DNA of 64,000 bases from Camelus ferus (Eukaryota): the NCBI RefSeq assembly GCF_009834535.1, contig NC_045696.1, positions 115,756,001 to 115,820,000 on the forward strand. The letters are read 5' to 3'. The notes beneath the pieces were generated by a model. The model did no database searches. It had not been told where the DNA came from and saw only the letters and a program-made list of their open reading frames with translations. The number at the start of each line of letters is the position of its first letter. Position 1 is the stretch's first letter. Position numbers and translations under genes: made by a program. Below, piece after piece: positions 24,295 to 37,596 of the stretch.

Positions 24295-24680
24295 ACATTC
24301 ATTCATTCATTTAGCAGGTATTTATTGCCTTCGCTATGATGTGCTAGGCATACTGAGGATATTGGGATTCCTGCCTCTTGGAGATTACATTCTCATGGAA
24401 GGAAAGAGACAGAAAACATACAATAAGGAGGTGAGTTCAGATAGTGAAAAACTAAATAATGAAAATGAGAAGGTGTTGGGATAGAGAATTATGGAGGTGA
24501 GTATTTTAGATATGGTTGCTAGAGGAAATCCCTGAGGAGGTCAGATTTGAACTGAGAGATAAACAATGAGGTGTTTCCTGCGGGAAGATTTAGGAGAAGA
24601 GCAGTTCAAGTTAACAGGATTCAATGGTCCAGGCACAAGAAAGAAAACGGTCCACTGACAAGTCAGTGTGGGAGTTCAGG
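24295..24680 (-). mobile_element. L2 3' end
   Basis: CATTCATTCATTCATTTAGCAGGTATTTATTG..TGTGCTAGGCA..CCTGAGGAGGTCAGATTTGAACTGAGA. Confidence 0.75.
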
Positions 24681-25219
24681 CTGGGAAAAACTAAAAACCA
24701 CAGTCATTGCTTAAGGAGAAGAAAAGCATGTAATTCTACTGATCTGAACCTACACTGACAAAGAATAAAGAATAACAAATCTCCAAGACTCTTTCGTATC
24801 TTCCTTGCTTACACAATGTTCAATGTGGAAAAACAAGAAAATTAGTAACTCCCATTAGCAATAAAATTGTTATTAAAGATCCCAAATGAACTATTAAAAT
24901 TTTTCTAATTGTATATTTTTTCAAATATAAAGAAAATGGTTTAGAATCCCCCAATAAGGAACATTAGTACCAGAAATTAAAAGATCTTTGACAAGAAAGA
25001 TAAATTTGTTTCCTATTCCAATGGCTATGACATTACTGCAAAAAAAAAAAAAATCATTCTCATTAGAAGGACAAAAATGGACAAAAATATGTATTTTTTC
25101 TTATTCAAAAAATTAAAACATCTTTTAACTATAATTTTATCTCTCTACTTTTTACTTTAATTATATAATTAAACTTACATTTATGCACAAAGAAGATCTA
25201 AACAATATTTATTAAATAT

Positions 25220-26750
25220 TCTAAGTTGATTAATAGATTCAACACATATCCTATCAAAATTCCATTAGGTTTTTTTTGAGAAGCTGACTCTGATTTTATA
25301 TGGAAAAGCAAAGGCCCTAGAATACTTGAACAATTCTGAAAAAGAACAAGTTGGAGTACTTAAACTGCCTGATTTTAAGACTAATTATAGAGCTCCAATA
25401 ATGAAGACAGTGTGTTATTGGTATAAAGATATACTAATAGATCAAAAAACAAAGGTAGGGGTCCAGAAATAGATCCACAGTCTACTACAGTCAAATAATT
25501 TTCAACCAAAGTGTGAAGTTAATTCAATGGAGAAAGAGAAGCCTTCTTTTTATTTCTTTTATTTCCCCAAACAAATGTTTCTGAAAAAAGCTGAATATTT
25601 AATATGCAAAAAATTAACCTTGATCCCTATCTCAGTTCTTACACAAAAATTAACTTGAGACTGATCATAGACATATTTATAAAAAAGTAGAATTATTATG
25701 AACAAAAGATAGGAAACAATCACTGTGAACTTGGGGTAGAAAACATTTTTGATAAGACACAAAAACCACTAACTATAAAAGACGATGGATTAGCTGGCCA
25801 AAATGAAATATTTATACTATTAGAAAAAAACACCATTATTAAGATGAATAAGTAAACCATAAATTGATTGAAAAAAATAGCAAAATATATCTGTCAAAAG
25901 AATGGTATCAAGACATACAACAAATTTCTATGAATCAGTAATAAGAAAACAACTCAACAGGTAACAGGCAAAAGACCAGAACAGACACTTCACTTATGAA
26001 GATGTGTGAATATCTAATGTTTGAAGAGGTAATCAAAGTCTTTAGTCATTAAAAACCAAAAAGCAAAACCTCAGTTGAAATATTACAAATACACAAGAGT
26101 GGCTAAAATTTCAAAGACCAACAACATCTAATATTGGTGAGCAAACGAAATTCTCATACCTTGCTGCTTGCTCTTTTGGTGATCTATTTGGAAGTGTCAT
26201 GCACAATATTTATATAAGAAAACAAATAAGTATCTTCACAGAAAATTTACATAACAATATTTGTAGAAGGCTTTTAAAAATAGCCCCAAATGAGAGATAT
26301 CCCCCAATGAGAAACAACCCTAATATCCATCAACAGAAGAATAAGGAAAGCATGATATATTTATACAATGGACCACTCCTCTGCACAAAAGAAAAAAAAA
26401 TGAACTATTTATACATGAAACAGCTTGGATAAGCCTCAAAAATATATTAAGCAAAAGAAATGAGACACACACACACACAAGAGACACACTATATGATTCC
26501 ATTTATGAAATCGAGGATAAGCAGAGCGAATCCATGGTGATAGATGTCAAAAAGGTGTTCACAAAAATGAGAGGAAAGACGTATTGTTTAACATAGTGAG
26601 GTGATAATGTTATGTGTTTTTCTTTTGGGTGGTGGTGGCATGAAGGTACTCAATTGTGAAATCTCAAATGATTGTATGTCAGTGCATTTGATCTGTGCAT
26701 CTTGTAGTTTGATAATTGCATCCCAGCAATGTAAATTAATATTGCTTAAA
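25220..26750 (+). mobile_element. Old L1 (L1MD/ME-like) ORF2 3' half and 3' UTR
   Basis: ATAGATTCAACACATATCCTATCAAAATTCCA, AAGACAGTGTGTTATTGGTATAAAGATA, TATATGATTCCATTTAT. Heavily decayed. Confidence 0.8.
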
Positions 26751-27717
26751 ACATACGTTACTTTCTTTCAACATCCTGATAAACAGACACCGTATCTTTG
26801 AGTTCTTCCCTGGAAGGATGGAAAGGAGGTAATTCAGGTGGATTCACAACGCTCATAGAGTGGAATCAAATCATACAGGCATTTGTTTGTGCAAATAGCA
26901 CCAGAAGGCTTTGGAGATGTGGTGAAGGGTTCAGGCTGAATGTGACCCAAAAGTTAAAAGACTTTATTTTTTCATACAAAATTGTCACTGAACACAATCC
27001 AACCAGTTCGTAGAGTGTTCTCACAAAAGAAAATACCCTGTTTTAAATGCTGGGGGAGGAGACACATTTCAGGACTAACTGAAATGTGCCACTGATGCTT
27101 CTGCTGGCATGTTCAAGGGACCTCCCAGGATTATCATGACCAGGCAGAATTTTCACACTATACACTGACTCTGAACCTACCCTCAGGCTATGGTTCCCTT
27201 GTGGTAAACTCTGTATTATTTCAAAAGCAAATTCTAGATTGTTCATGGGATGAAACAGACATTTGTTCCAAAGAGTAACTTCCCATGCATGTGGTATGTC
27301 CCCATTCGTCTTCTCTAGATGTATTGACATGGGAGCTTGCTATCGATCTTTAGTTAATCAATCAATCAATCAGCTGATATGGCAACTTAAATATTTGTGA
27401 GTTCCAAGTCTAGGATCACCGCTCCCAGACCAGATAGCTCTACTCTGTAGCTAGCTAGAAATGCAGTGTTGGGGAAAATGGTATGAATCTGAGTATCTGT
27501 TTATATGGTTTCTGGTAATAGCCAGATTTAAAATCACTACTTGGCCATACTCTCATTCCCAAAGCATCTATTACAAATCTTCATAGACTTTTCAGTTTCC
27601 CATTAGACATGAGATCTTCTTCTCCACACTTGCCCCAATAGTTTATTCACAATCTTCTCCTCTCTCAGACTCCTTTCTCTCATATTTAACAGATAAAATA
27701 AAATCCTTTATGTAGAC

Positions 27718-27865
27718 TAGAGCTTCACAAACTTTAATGCATAATAATTAGCTGGGATCTTGATTCAAATTCAGGAGTTCAAAGGTATGGCCCAGGATTC
27801 TGCATTTCTAATGAACTTCTGGATGCACCCAGGCTAGTTCATGGACCACACTTTGAGCACAGAGG
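27718..27865 (+). mobile_element. MER5B-like hAT MITE
   Basis: GGCCCAGGATTCTGCATTTCTAA..ATGGACCACACTTTGAG. 8-bp TSD ATGTAGAC/TTGTAGAT. Confidence 0.7.
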
Positions 27866-29744
27866 TTGTAGATTTCCACTCCAACACCCTTTCACATGCA
27901 TCTCACTGTTCATCTATACCTTTCCTTCACCCACATCCTTCTAGTTTCTGAAGAGTCATCTCAGTTTTGTTGTAACATTTTACATGCTACTGTCTCCAAC
28001 CAGACTGTGATTTTTGTATCTTAGTACTTTTAATGTCCACGGCATACTAGGAGCTCAATAAATATTCAAGTAAACCCAAAAAGGAAATAAAATAGTGAAA
28101 GAATTTGTGCAGAATTCTGCCAACATCTGAATGAAATAAAATGCTTTAAAGAATGCAAGGACAATTACAAACACACACACATTGATACATAGACACACAC
28201 AGAGATGCCACTCCCAGATAGCCAAATTCAAAAATTTCAGGAAGTCAAATAGAAGTCTACAGTTCTCAGACAGGATCACCTTCTATATTATAAAACCACA
28301 CCTTTTACCTGTATATTATTCTTCAAACTTGATAAAGACACTTTATCACAGAATAGAAGAGACAAGCAAGGGTTACAATAGACAGCTATTCTAAAAGACT
28401 GAGGGGAGAATAAATACTTTAGTCCCAAGCCTGGCAAACACTCTATCTTTTGTCTCATTTTAGTTGATGCTGGCAGAGTATTTTATTCATTTTTATTACA
28501 AAGTCTTTCACAGTCTACAAAAATAGCTGAATCTGGAAATTTGTTATCTTTCTGGCTTTGATAGGTTTCATGAAAAAATGATTTCTTTCCCTCACAGGAG
28601 AATTAAAAAGAGCAGTTTCTACACATCTTCTCACAACACAAAGATGCTTCCATATTTGCAGAAGGCTTAGATGAACAATTAAATCCGCTAGCTCCCAAAC
28701 CAAAACATCATCACTAGGTCAATTTACATTTATTCCAAGAAAACTTTCTCAGTCCCCACTCAGTCCTTGTGAACAGAGTTTTTGTGTTGGCATTTTTAGA
28801 AGTGCTGTATTGTCCCATAGGAAAATACAGCATACATTGCTGTAAAGGGATCTTTTTTTTTTTTTCACATAAATTTGGGATTTGGGGATTGTCCTCATGA
28901 ATATTTTTGAAGTTATAATGGATCTCATACCCAGGACTTTAGAAAATTATGAGAAGTAAGAGTTGGAAGGGTCCGTGGGGATCATCAAAGCTATCATTTT
29001 ACTTACGATGAGGAACTAATATCCAAAAAGGTTAAGAAACCATAGAAGATCCCAAAAGAGAGCTGGCATGAGATCTCTGGAAATTTATATCAGCAAGTGA
29101 ACTGAGTTAGTCCATTTCTGGATGTCCATATGGTCTTGATTTCATTGCCCTTGTGGCACATGCCTCATATGACACCTGAATATAGGCATTCTCTCTCTAA
29201 GGCTTTTGTTTCTTAAGTCATAGATATTAGCAAGAAGACAAGCAGGTCCAATCTTAAAGTAAACACCCTTTATTCTTTCGTTCAAATTCTGATAGATTCC
29301 TAATAAAAGAATGGAATAAATTTGAAGTTGGACTCTGGGTCTTGCTAACTCTGCAGCTGGGATTGACATTACTGTCACATCATACTGTGATTGGTTTCTC
29401 TTAGCTCAATCATTTGGAACTACATCTGCACAAAATAAATCAAATTCAAACGATATCCTTGGGCTGTGAAGATCTCTCTCTTCCCTGTATGTCCACTCTT
29501 GATAAACTCCTTGAGAAGAATTCTTGAACTTACTGGACCCCAACACTCTTTTTTGAGGTCTCAGACTGGGAGTCATTTGGGAGACTGTACTACCCTTTTA
29601 AAATTAAGGGATAACCACAGGAGAAATCAATGTGACACCTCAAAGTCATGTGAAAAGACTATTGTTAACCCACGTTGAGAGAGCTCCCAAAGCCCCCTCA
29701 CCCAAAATGTTGAATGTGGTAAAATGGCTTCTCGTGTTACTCTC

Positions 29745-30290
29745 ATGGTTTATAAATTTTGGCAGTACCCCACAGTTACAGCGGCACTGAGGGATATTTT
29801 AAACTTTTTAAGAAAACACAGTGACATCAGACACTGTGTGAATTATTAGACTGAGGTGGTTCATGGTTTCAGCATTAGATTGTGCTACGTTCCTTCTGAT
29901 GATGCCACATCTTTGTGAAGCCGAGTTTTTAGCAGTTGCCGTGACAGAAAGCCGGCACTGCATGCAACTCAGTATGAACGAGAAAATGAAGGCGACAGTA
30001 ACAGTGACCAATCTGATTCCAAAGTTCAAGAAGTCACATGGCCCTTGACAAGTAACATTAGTAATTATGGCTATTTTAGAATGAAATAAAACTTTTTAGG
30101 TGGGGGGCGGGTTATGAGGATTATTTTTACACACTTCTGCTAAGTTTTCAGAATACAAATACTTTTTAAATTGTTTTGACATACTTAGTAAATGGAACCA
30201 TTTGTTACTTCATTAGACCTAGGAGTGTCATGAAAAAAAGAAAAAATTACCAAGTCATGAAGCACGTCATGAACCAAGAAGGAACTTCTG
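29745..30290 (+). mobile_element. Charlie4a-like hAT transposon retaining transposase C-terminal remnant
   Basis: ORF 29863-30048 (LCEAEFLAVAVTESRHCMQLSMNEKMKATVTVTNLIPKF) aligns by eye to the hAT/Buster C-terminal motif (LCEAGFSAVAVIKSKYR..INVEQEMRVAVSNLIPRF). The end CATGAACCAAGAA-GGAACTTCTG resembles the TIR. Confidence 0.75.
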
Positions 30291-30394
30291 TACCAACTGC
30301 TTTTAATGATTTGTTAAGTTTGTTGTTTTACAGTAATACTTTTCATAATTTGTGAAATTTGCATGTTTGCTCTTGTCCCTATTTAATCATAAAA

Positions 30395-31209
30395 AAATCA
30401 GCTTTACCAAAAAAATTCACCAATTAAAAATGTATAATTTAATGAGTTCTAGCAAATGTATATAATCATGGAACCACCACCACAATAATATGTAATATTC
30501 TCACCATCCCCATAAGTTATTTTGCATCTGTTTGCAGTTAATTCCTTCCCTGGGCTCTGATAACCCCTGCTTGGTTTTCTGTTAGTATAGTTTTGCCTTC
30601 TCTAAAATTTCATATGAATAGAATCATACATTATAAAGTCTTTCAATTTTGTTTTCTATCAATTAGCATAATGCTTTTGAGATGCATCCAGTTTGTTCTA
30701 TATATAACCAGTTTTTTTTCCTTTTTATTTCTTTATTCTATTGTATAGATATACCACAGCTTGTTTGTCTATTCACCTGTTAATGGACTTTTATTTTCCA
30801 GTTTATGACTACTATCAACATATTTGTATAAATGATTCTCTAATTTTTATATAATTTTTAAAGGTTACATTCTATTAACAGTTATTACAAAATACTGGTT
30901 ATAGTCCCCATGCTGTACAATATATCCTTGTAATGTGTCATATACCCAATAGTTTGTACCCCCACTCCCTCATACTTAAATTGCCTCCCCCAAATGGTAA
31001 CCACTAGTTTGTTCTCTAGATCTGTAAGTCTGACTCCTTTTTGTTATATTCACTAGTTTGCTATATTTTTTAAATTCCACATATAAGTGATATCATATAG
31101 TATTTTTTTTTCTGTCTGACTTACTTCACTTAGCGTAAGGCCCTCCAATCCATGCATTTTGCTGCAAATGGCAAATTTTCATTCTTTTTTATGAATGAGT
31201 AGTATTTCG

Positions 31210-31243
<34 letters not shown>

Positions 31244-32212
31244 CACATCTTCTTTATCCATTTATCTGTTGGTGGACACTTAGGTTTCTTTCATATCTTG
31301 GCAATTGTAAATAGTGTGGCTATAAACATTGGGGTGCACATATCCTTTTGAATTAGTGTTTTTGATTTCTTTCTGACATATACCCAGGAGTGGAATTGCT
31401 CGGTCTTATTGTAGTGTTATTTTTACTTTTTTGAAAAACCTCTATACTATTTTCCATAGTAGCTGCACCAATTTACATTCCCATCAACAGTGTACGAGTG
31501 TTCCCTTTTCTCCACATCCTTGCCAACATTTGTCATTTGTGTTCTTTTTGATGACAGTCATTCTGACAGGTGTGAGGTGGCATCTCATTGTGATTTTGAT
31601 TTACATTTCCCTGATGATTCATGATATTGAGCATCTTTTCATGTGACTGTTAGCCATCTGCACTTCCTATTTGGAAAAATGTCTATTGAGTTCTTCTGCC
31701 CATCTTATATTTGGTTGTTTGTTGTTTTGATGGTGAGTTGTATGAGCTGTTTATACATGTTGGATATTAATCCCTTATCAGTGATATCATTTGCAAATAT
31801 TTTCTCCCTTTCAATAGGTTATCTTTTCGTTTTGTCAATGGGTTCCTTTGCTGTGCAAAATCTTTTAAGTTTAATTAGATCCCATCTGTTTGTTTTCGCT
31901 TTTATTTCCTTTACTTTAGAAGGCAGATCCAAAAAAATGTATTTCTGCAATTTATGTCAAAGAATGTTCTGTCTATGTTTTTCTCCAGTAGTTTTGTAGT
32001 TTCTAGTCTTACACAGGTCTTTAATCTATTGTGAGTTGATTTTTGTATATGGTGTTAGAGAATGCTCTAATTTCATTCTTTTACATGTAGCTGTCCAGTT
32101 TTCCAAGCCACTTACTGAAGACTCTTTTATATAAATCTCCAGGAGTGGAATTGTTGAGTGAAATGACATCTAACTTTATAAGCAACTGCCAAACTGTTTT
32201 CCAAAGTGGCTA
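30395..32212 (-). mobile_element. Old L1MB-like 3' UTR (30395-30833 and 32126-32212), split by a younger L1
   Basis: TAGTTTTGCCTTCTCTAAAATTTCATATGAATAGAATCATACA. It resumes after the insert with CAGGAGTGGAATTG..CTGCCAAACTGTTTTCCAAAGTGGCT. Confidence 0.7.
30834..32125 (-). mobile_element. Younger L1 (ORF2 3' region + 3' UTR) nested in older L1
   Basis: Well-preserved antisense ORF2 (CCCAGGAGTGGAATTGCT, TTCCTTTGCTGTGCAAAATCTTTTAAGTTTAATTAGATCCCAT) with internal (TG)n at 31211-31242. Flanking direct repeat TTT(G/A)TATAAAT at 30823-30833 and 32126-32136. Confidence 0.9.
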
Positions 32213-32625
32213 TTAATTGATCTTTGCTGAATAAAAACCAACAGCAAGTCCCAGTGACTTACATATAAGCAAATATTGTTGTTGAAATACGGATCTGTAG
32301 TTTTGGAGGGCTTTGGCGGGTTTGGTTGGACTTGGCTCCTGGCTGCAGACCAGGTTTTGTTCTGTTCTACCATGTCTCATTCTGAAGCTCAGGCTGAAGG
32401 GACAACCACTATCTGAGGCATGATTTTCTTATGGAACAAGAAGCACAGAATGCAAACAAGACCAGGCAAGCACTTTTAAACCTTCTGCTCAAGTCATGTC
32501 TTAGCCAAATCAAGTCACATATCCAAGGTCAGCATTGATGGAGACGTATGCTCAGCCCAGAGTGGGAGACAACGCAGAGGTACATGCCAAAATATTGAAT
32601 AACTACAAGCTATGATCCAAACTAC
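32212..32625 (-). mobile_element. MLT1J-like MaLR LTR
   Basis: CATGTCTCATTCTGAAGCTCAGGCTGAAGGGACAACCACTATCTGAGGCATG..GCCAAATCAAGTCACAT. Confidence 0.7.
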
Positions 32626-33696
32626 CGCTGTTACAATGCCCATCTTTCATGGTCCACATTTTGACCGCCCACAAGACACATCTCTACCCACTCCAAGGTA
32701 TTTTGACCAGCTCAGACTTTATGGCACCGAGTTGGCTATGTTGGTTCTAAAGAGTCCAAACTGCCTGACTTTTTACATTTACATTACATTTACACTACAT
32801 TACATTTACATTAGAGGAGAGAAAAGAGTGGTTGAATTCTTATCAGAGGCCACATAGGCCATAGAAGAGAAAGATATGGGGAGTGTCTCAGTCTCCAAAA
32901 AATACTAAATAATGCTGAAATAAATGCAGCTCAAGCAAGAGGAAGGAAAGAAAAAGACTGCATGTATTTGAACATTGTCATTATTTTGTCTTCAAGCCAT
33001 ATCTAATCATCATAGTGGATGAAGGATAGATTCTAAATTTTCCCACTGTCTACCTCATTTACTTCCTTCTTTTATTATTAAGCACTTATGTTAATACAAG
33101 TTAACATAAAATAGCATTTGTATGATATTCATGTATCTTCTTTCTAGGCATTCTCATTATTTTTTCAACTGAAATGCTCTCCACCTCCAGTCTGCCAGGT
33201 CAACTTAGGATCTCAGAAGATGCTAAGTTGCATTTTAAAGTTCTCCAACAGGAAGCATCCTCTGATGTACCAGCTGCTCCCCACGTATACACATTCTTGT
33301 CTCTGCTCACACAGTCCTGTCTCCTCTTCCATCACCCTCCACCCCTGCATCAGGGACAGTTAACATTCCTCCTACGTGCAAACTCAGTCTCATACCTGTG
33401 TTCATAACCTGTGTCCATACCCTGTGTCCTTTTTATCATTATACTGCAATTTATTGACATCTGTATCCTCATACCAGTCTGTTTTTTGAAATCAGGGATT
33501 CTCTCAAAATCACCTCTGTATCATAAATATCTAAAACCAGAGTACAATGCCTCTTTATTAACTTACAACTTCTGTGAGCTTTTCTACTGACTGCGCAGTG
33601 TTGTTATGAAGATTAAATAAGGTAATGGACTGAAAATGCTTATCCAGCATCCACAGGATGGATATGAATATACTGACTCTATATAGGAGGTAATAG

Positions 33697-33707
33697 CATG
33701 CACGCAT

Positions 33708-33748
<41 letters not shown>

Positions 33749-33751
33749 TGC
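33697..33751. repeat. (CA)n / alternating purine-pyrimidine tract between two opposed MIR remnants
   Basis: GCATGCACGCATG(CA)nTACATGC. MIR-like sequence on both sides (33560-33690 on +; 33760-33870 on -, containing GATGAAGAAACTGAGGCTCAG). Confidence 0.85.
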
Positions 33752-36700
33752 TTTTCATTGTCTAATTTGATTCTTAAAACCACCTATTGGATAGATAGGA
33801 AAAGTATTAGTCTTATGTTTCATTTTTGCAGATGAAGAAACTGAGGCTCAGGAGAGTTGGAACAGAGGCTGTGCTTTTCAGGATAACTTGGCTTACTTTG
33901 TGAGCAGAAATCCGACGCAGAGCTTTGATGAGCATCCACTGATCTGCCTGCCATATCACAGGAAAGGATCCTTTAGGAATACACGATTGCACTAAAGGCT
34001 TTTTTTTCCAGTTACTTTTAAAAGAAGAATTGCTTGTTGACCAGCATTATGTCCTTTTTAAAAACCAGCTTTATAGAAACTAATGCTATCTACTTAATGT
34101 AAGTTATTTTCAGTTCTGGACAAAACCAGAGAGAAAGGGGCATTTAATTAAGGTTCCTTCCAACTTCTCCCTGGTAGACTATCACCATGGAAATGTACTG
34201 AAATTCTTTCAAGGACAAAGTCCAACCCTGCTTTTCGTCATTAAAGCTCATCTATGCCAAGGCTCTGCCCAGCAATCTACACTTTTCGACTAAATAGACA
34301 AAAGTGAATAACAGTAGGGAAATGATTGCTTTTATCTCTAAAGCAAAAAGCAATTACTTCCTTTTGTGTTGAAGTCCAAGGAATCTTCATAGATGGCTTT
34401 TTCGCCAAAGTCAAGTCGATCCCTTATTGCCAAATGGCATGGCCCACTTCTGAGTTAATGATGCATTTTGGTTTTTAATACTCTAGTGACTGAAAGAACA
34501 GTGATGAATCTCCCTGACTTGAATTTCAGGGCATGGACCTGCTAATCAATGGCTTGGAAAAGTCACCTTCAGTGTTGTCAAAGTACTACATTACACTTTA
34601 TTTCCCCTGGTGTTGGAAACTGTTCTCTTTTCCTGTTCAAGATTATTCTGCCTGCTTGTTTGGGAGTCTATCAAAACTGAAGAACTTTCCAGCATCATTT
34701 TCACAGGGATTATTACCCAGATGCCATCAGACTGCAGTTCAAAATACCCAAATTTTAAAAGGCACATGCAGAAAAAACAAATGGTGTACTATAAACATTG
34801 CAGGGTGTCCTTTGTCAACTGCATTTTTGTTTCTGTCATGTTTTGGTTTAAAATTTTCAAATATAATAGAAAGCATTTGAGTCCAAAGAAATGTCCAGCA
34901 TGGCAATTATGCAAAGTTCACCCTTCTCATTTACTGTCCTCGTGGGAGGAGAATAGGCTGTTAGATCGAAGCAGTCCTCCACATCTTTGGGACCTCAGGG
35001 ACATTCTTTTATCTCTTCTTCTTAATTTGCATTAGTATTTAACTTGGACAATGTGCTCTCTCTTTAAGCTGACATACACGTGTTTCACAAGTCTGTTTGA
35101 AGCAGAACATGCCCGGCGACTGATAGCCATACAGAAGAGACACAAGGATCTGATGTGCTCTGATCACCACCACTCTCCTATTTAAAATCCTCCAGAGCAT
35201 CCTTAACGATGGGGGCAGTCTGTGTTTTTTCTTTTCTATCAGGTCTGTCTTTTTTTTTTCCCTTTCTTCTCTGCTCAGTAAACTTACTACTCATTTCCTG
35301 AAACTTAGGGCAAATATCAACTTCCTTGTAAGTCCTTTTCCCATCTGTGTGTTTATGCTTTTCCTTTATGCTCTAATAGCTCCCTGAATATACTTATGAT
35401 ATAAGACTTATCACCTAATGTCGTATTTACATATATATGTGTATTATTCTTTCATCAAAGTTGAATTCTTCAAGGGCAAAAAAAAAAAAAAGATGTCTTC
35501 TTTGCATTTGGCTCCCTTTTTCAGTTGAGCACATGGAACAGAGCAGGTGGGCAAATATTTACTTTACAGATGAATAAGTGTGTTCTGTCAGGGAAGAGTG
35601 ATCAAAGAATCATAATGGACAGACTCTGGCTACATTTGAACCACCCGTGAATTATTTTCCCCTCCCCCACTAAGAGAGAATTATTTTGAGAATCTCTAAT
35701 GTGTCTTTAAAAAGTCACAAAGAAATTCTAGCCTTGACTGATTTACTAGGCAGAGCAGATTCCACCTGTACAGGTCCCAGCTTCCGAGGGCTTTTTTTTT
35801 TTAAATGACTGGTCAAATGCAAAAGGAGCACATAGGCCCCAAGGCTCTTTGCAGGCAGATATATTTTCAGAAAAAGCAATCGTCTTCTAAGGGAATGGCA
35901 AAGCTTAAATTATAAAACCCAAAGCATTTGTCTGGTTTTTAGTAGTAGCTATTATAGCAGACAGACCTCAGGGAGATATAGATTTATTCCAAAGGTTAGC
36001 TTAGTTGCTTACCAAGATTCAACTGATTGTAACTGTGGTGTATTTTATTATGACCACAGTCCAAGAGTGAGATCTCTGCCAGCAGCAGGGCCCCTTCATC
36101 ACTTTATTTCTCTGCAAACCCACTCAGCCAGGCTGACCGGGGAATTGCAGGGAATCTGAAGAAAGAGTAGTGCCGTGGCTGGTAGGCACAATATAGAAGC
36201 AAGTAATTCAGAAAAAAATAAAATTAGACCAAACATGACCCACAAGACCAAGGAGAAATGTTCACCCTTATAAATATTCAAAACTTGAAACTGAAAACAA
36301 GAGCAACCACAATGACAATATGCCACTATTCCCCATCAAAAACGTAGGTACTTAAGGAATCATGCTGTAAACTGAGCCTTACTATGTACTGAATATCCTG
36401 TAAGAATAAATTTCAAGGTGATGACAAGAGACTTTCATGTTTGCATAACCTTTGGTTCCCTAAGTCCACTCCCAGAATCTCACATAAGGAAATACCCAGA
36501 GTTGTGCACCGAGACTTAGTCATAACCAGGTTTTTTAATTTTATTATGATATTTTAAAATTATGAAGTATGTTACATGTCCAACATGAAGAGTTTGCCTA
36601 CATAAATAATAGCCTACGTAAAGTTTTCTAAAAATAGCTGTAATAATCTGTAAAGACAAAAACCAGAACAAATTCAAAGTTTATCAGCCATATATATAAT

Positions 36701-37090
36701 AGATTTTTTATATGTTTAGATCTTGCAAATGTATCTGTGACTAAAAACCCTGGAAAAGGATTTAGCATGTCTCCACCTTGTCAAAGAAATTTTAATTCAC
36801 CAGTAATGTATTGAAACACAGATATTTTACTAAAGATTGATTAAAACGTGCATATGGGAGGAGAAGGGATACACTCATACAGAAAACATGATTTCCCTCT
36901 AAAATTCTCCATTGTTCACCCCAAAGTCTACCTTTTGATTTCAGACCTCCATCTTTACCTTGTTCCTTTCCCCCATCAAAAGCACCGAGCCAGCCCTGGC
37001 TCTTGTCCCAGGATCTGACCAATATGGTAGTTCTCAGCAATCTATGGCTATTAAGCACTTGAAATTAAGCTGTGAGTATAAAACACACAG

Positions 37091-37596
37091 CAGGGAGGTG
37101 GGGCAGGGTATAGCTCAGTGGTAGAGTGCATGACTAGCATGCAAAAGGTCCACTGAACCAAGGACCTAAGAAAGTAAAGAAAGAAAAAAGAAAGAAAAGA
37201 AAGAAGAAAGAAAGAAAAGAAAGAAAGAAGAAGAAAAGGAAGAAAGAAAGAAGGAAAGAAAGAAGGAAAGAAAGAGAGAAAGAAGGAAAGAAAGAGAGAA
37301 AGAAGGAAAGAAAGAAGGAAAGAAAGAGAGAGAGAGAGAGAGGGAGGGAGAGGGAGGGAGAGGGGAGGGAGGGAGGGAGAGAGGGAGGGAGAGGGGAGGG
37401 AGAGGGGAGGGAGGAGAGGGGAGGGAGGGAGGAAGGAAGGAAGGAAGGAAGGAAGGAAGGAAGGAAGAAAGAAAGAAAGAAAGAGAAGGGAGGGAGGAAG
37501 AAAGAAAGAAAGAAGGGAGGGAGGAAGAAAGAAAGAAAGAAAGAAATCTAATTAACCCCCAAAAAAGCAATAAAAATGCTTAAAAATAGATAAATA
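37091..37596 (+). mobile_element. Camelid tRNA-Ala SINE with inverted B-box and expanded purine tract
   Basis: GGGGCAGGGTATAGCTCAGTGGTAGAGTGCATG head, CTAATTAACCCCC tail at ~37548-37560, TSD AAAACACA(C/G)AG at 37080-37090 and 37597-37607. Confidence 0.85.
37168..37546. repeat. Compound polypurine microsatellite (GAAA/GGAA/GA/GGGA)
   Basis: About 380 bp that is essentially all A/G on the + strand. Confidence 0.95.

Noticed and set aside
34533..35035. Overlapping 115-aa and 141-aa ORFs in non-repeat DNA
   Set aside because: No recognisable domain, and the composition is typical of random AT-rich ORFs. A TBLASTN/PhyloCSF check would be needed to rescue them.
37166..37570. 134-aa Ser/Phe/Leu/Pro-rich ORF
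   Set aside because: It is simply the translation of the polypyrimidine strand of a microsatellite.
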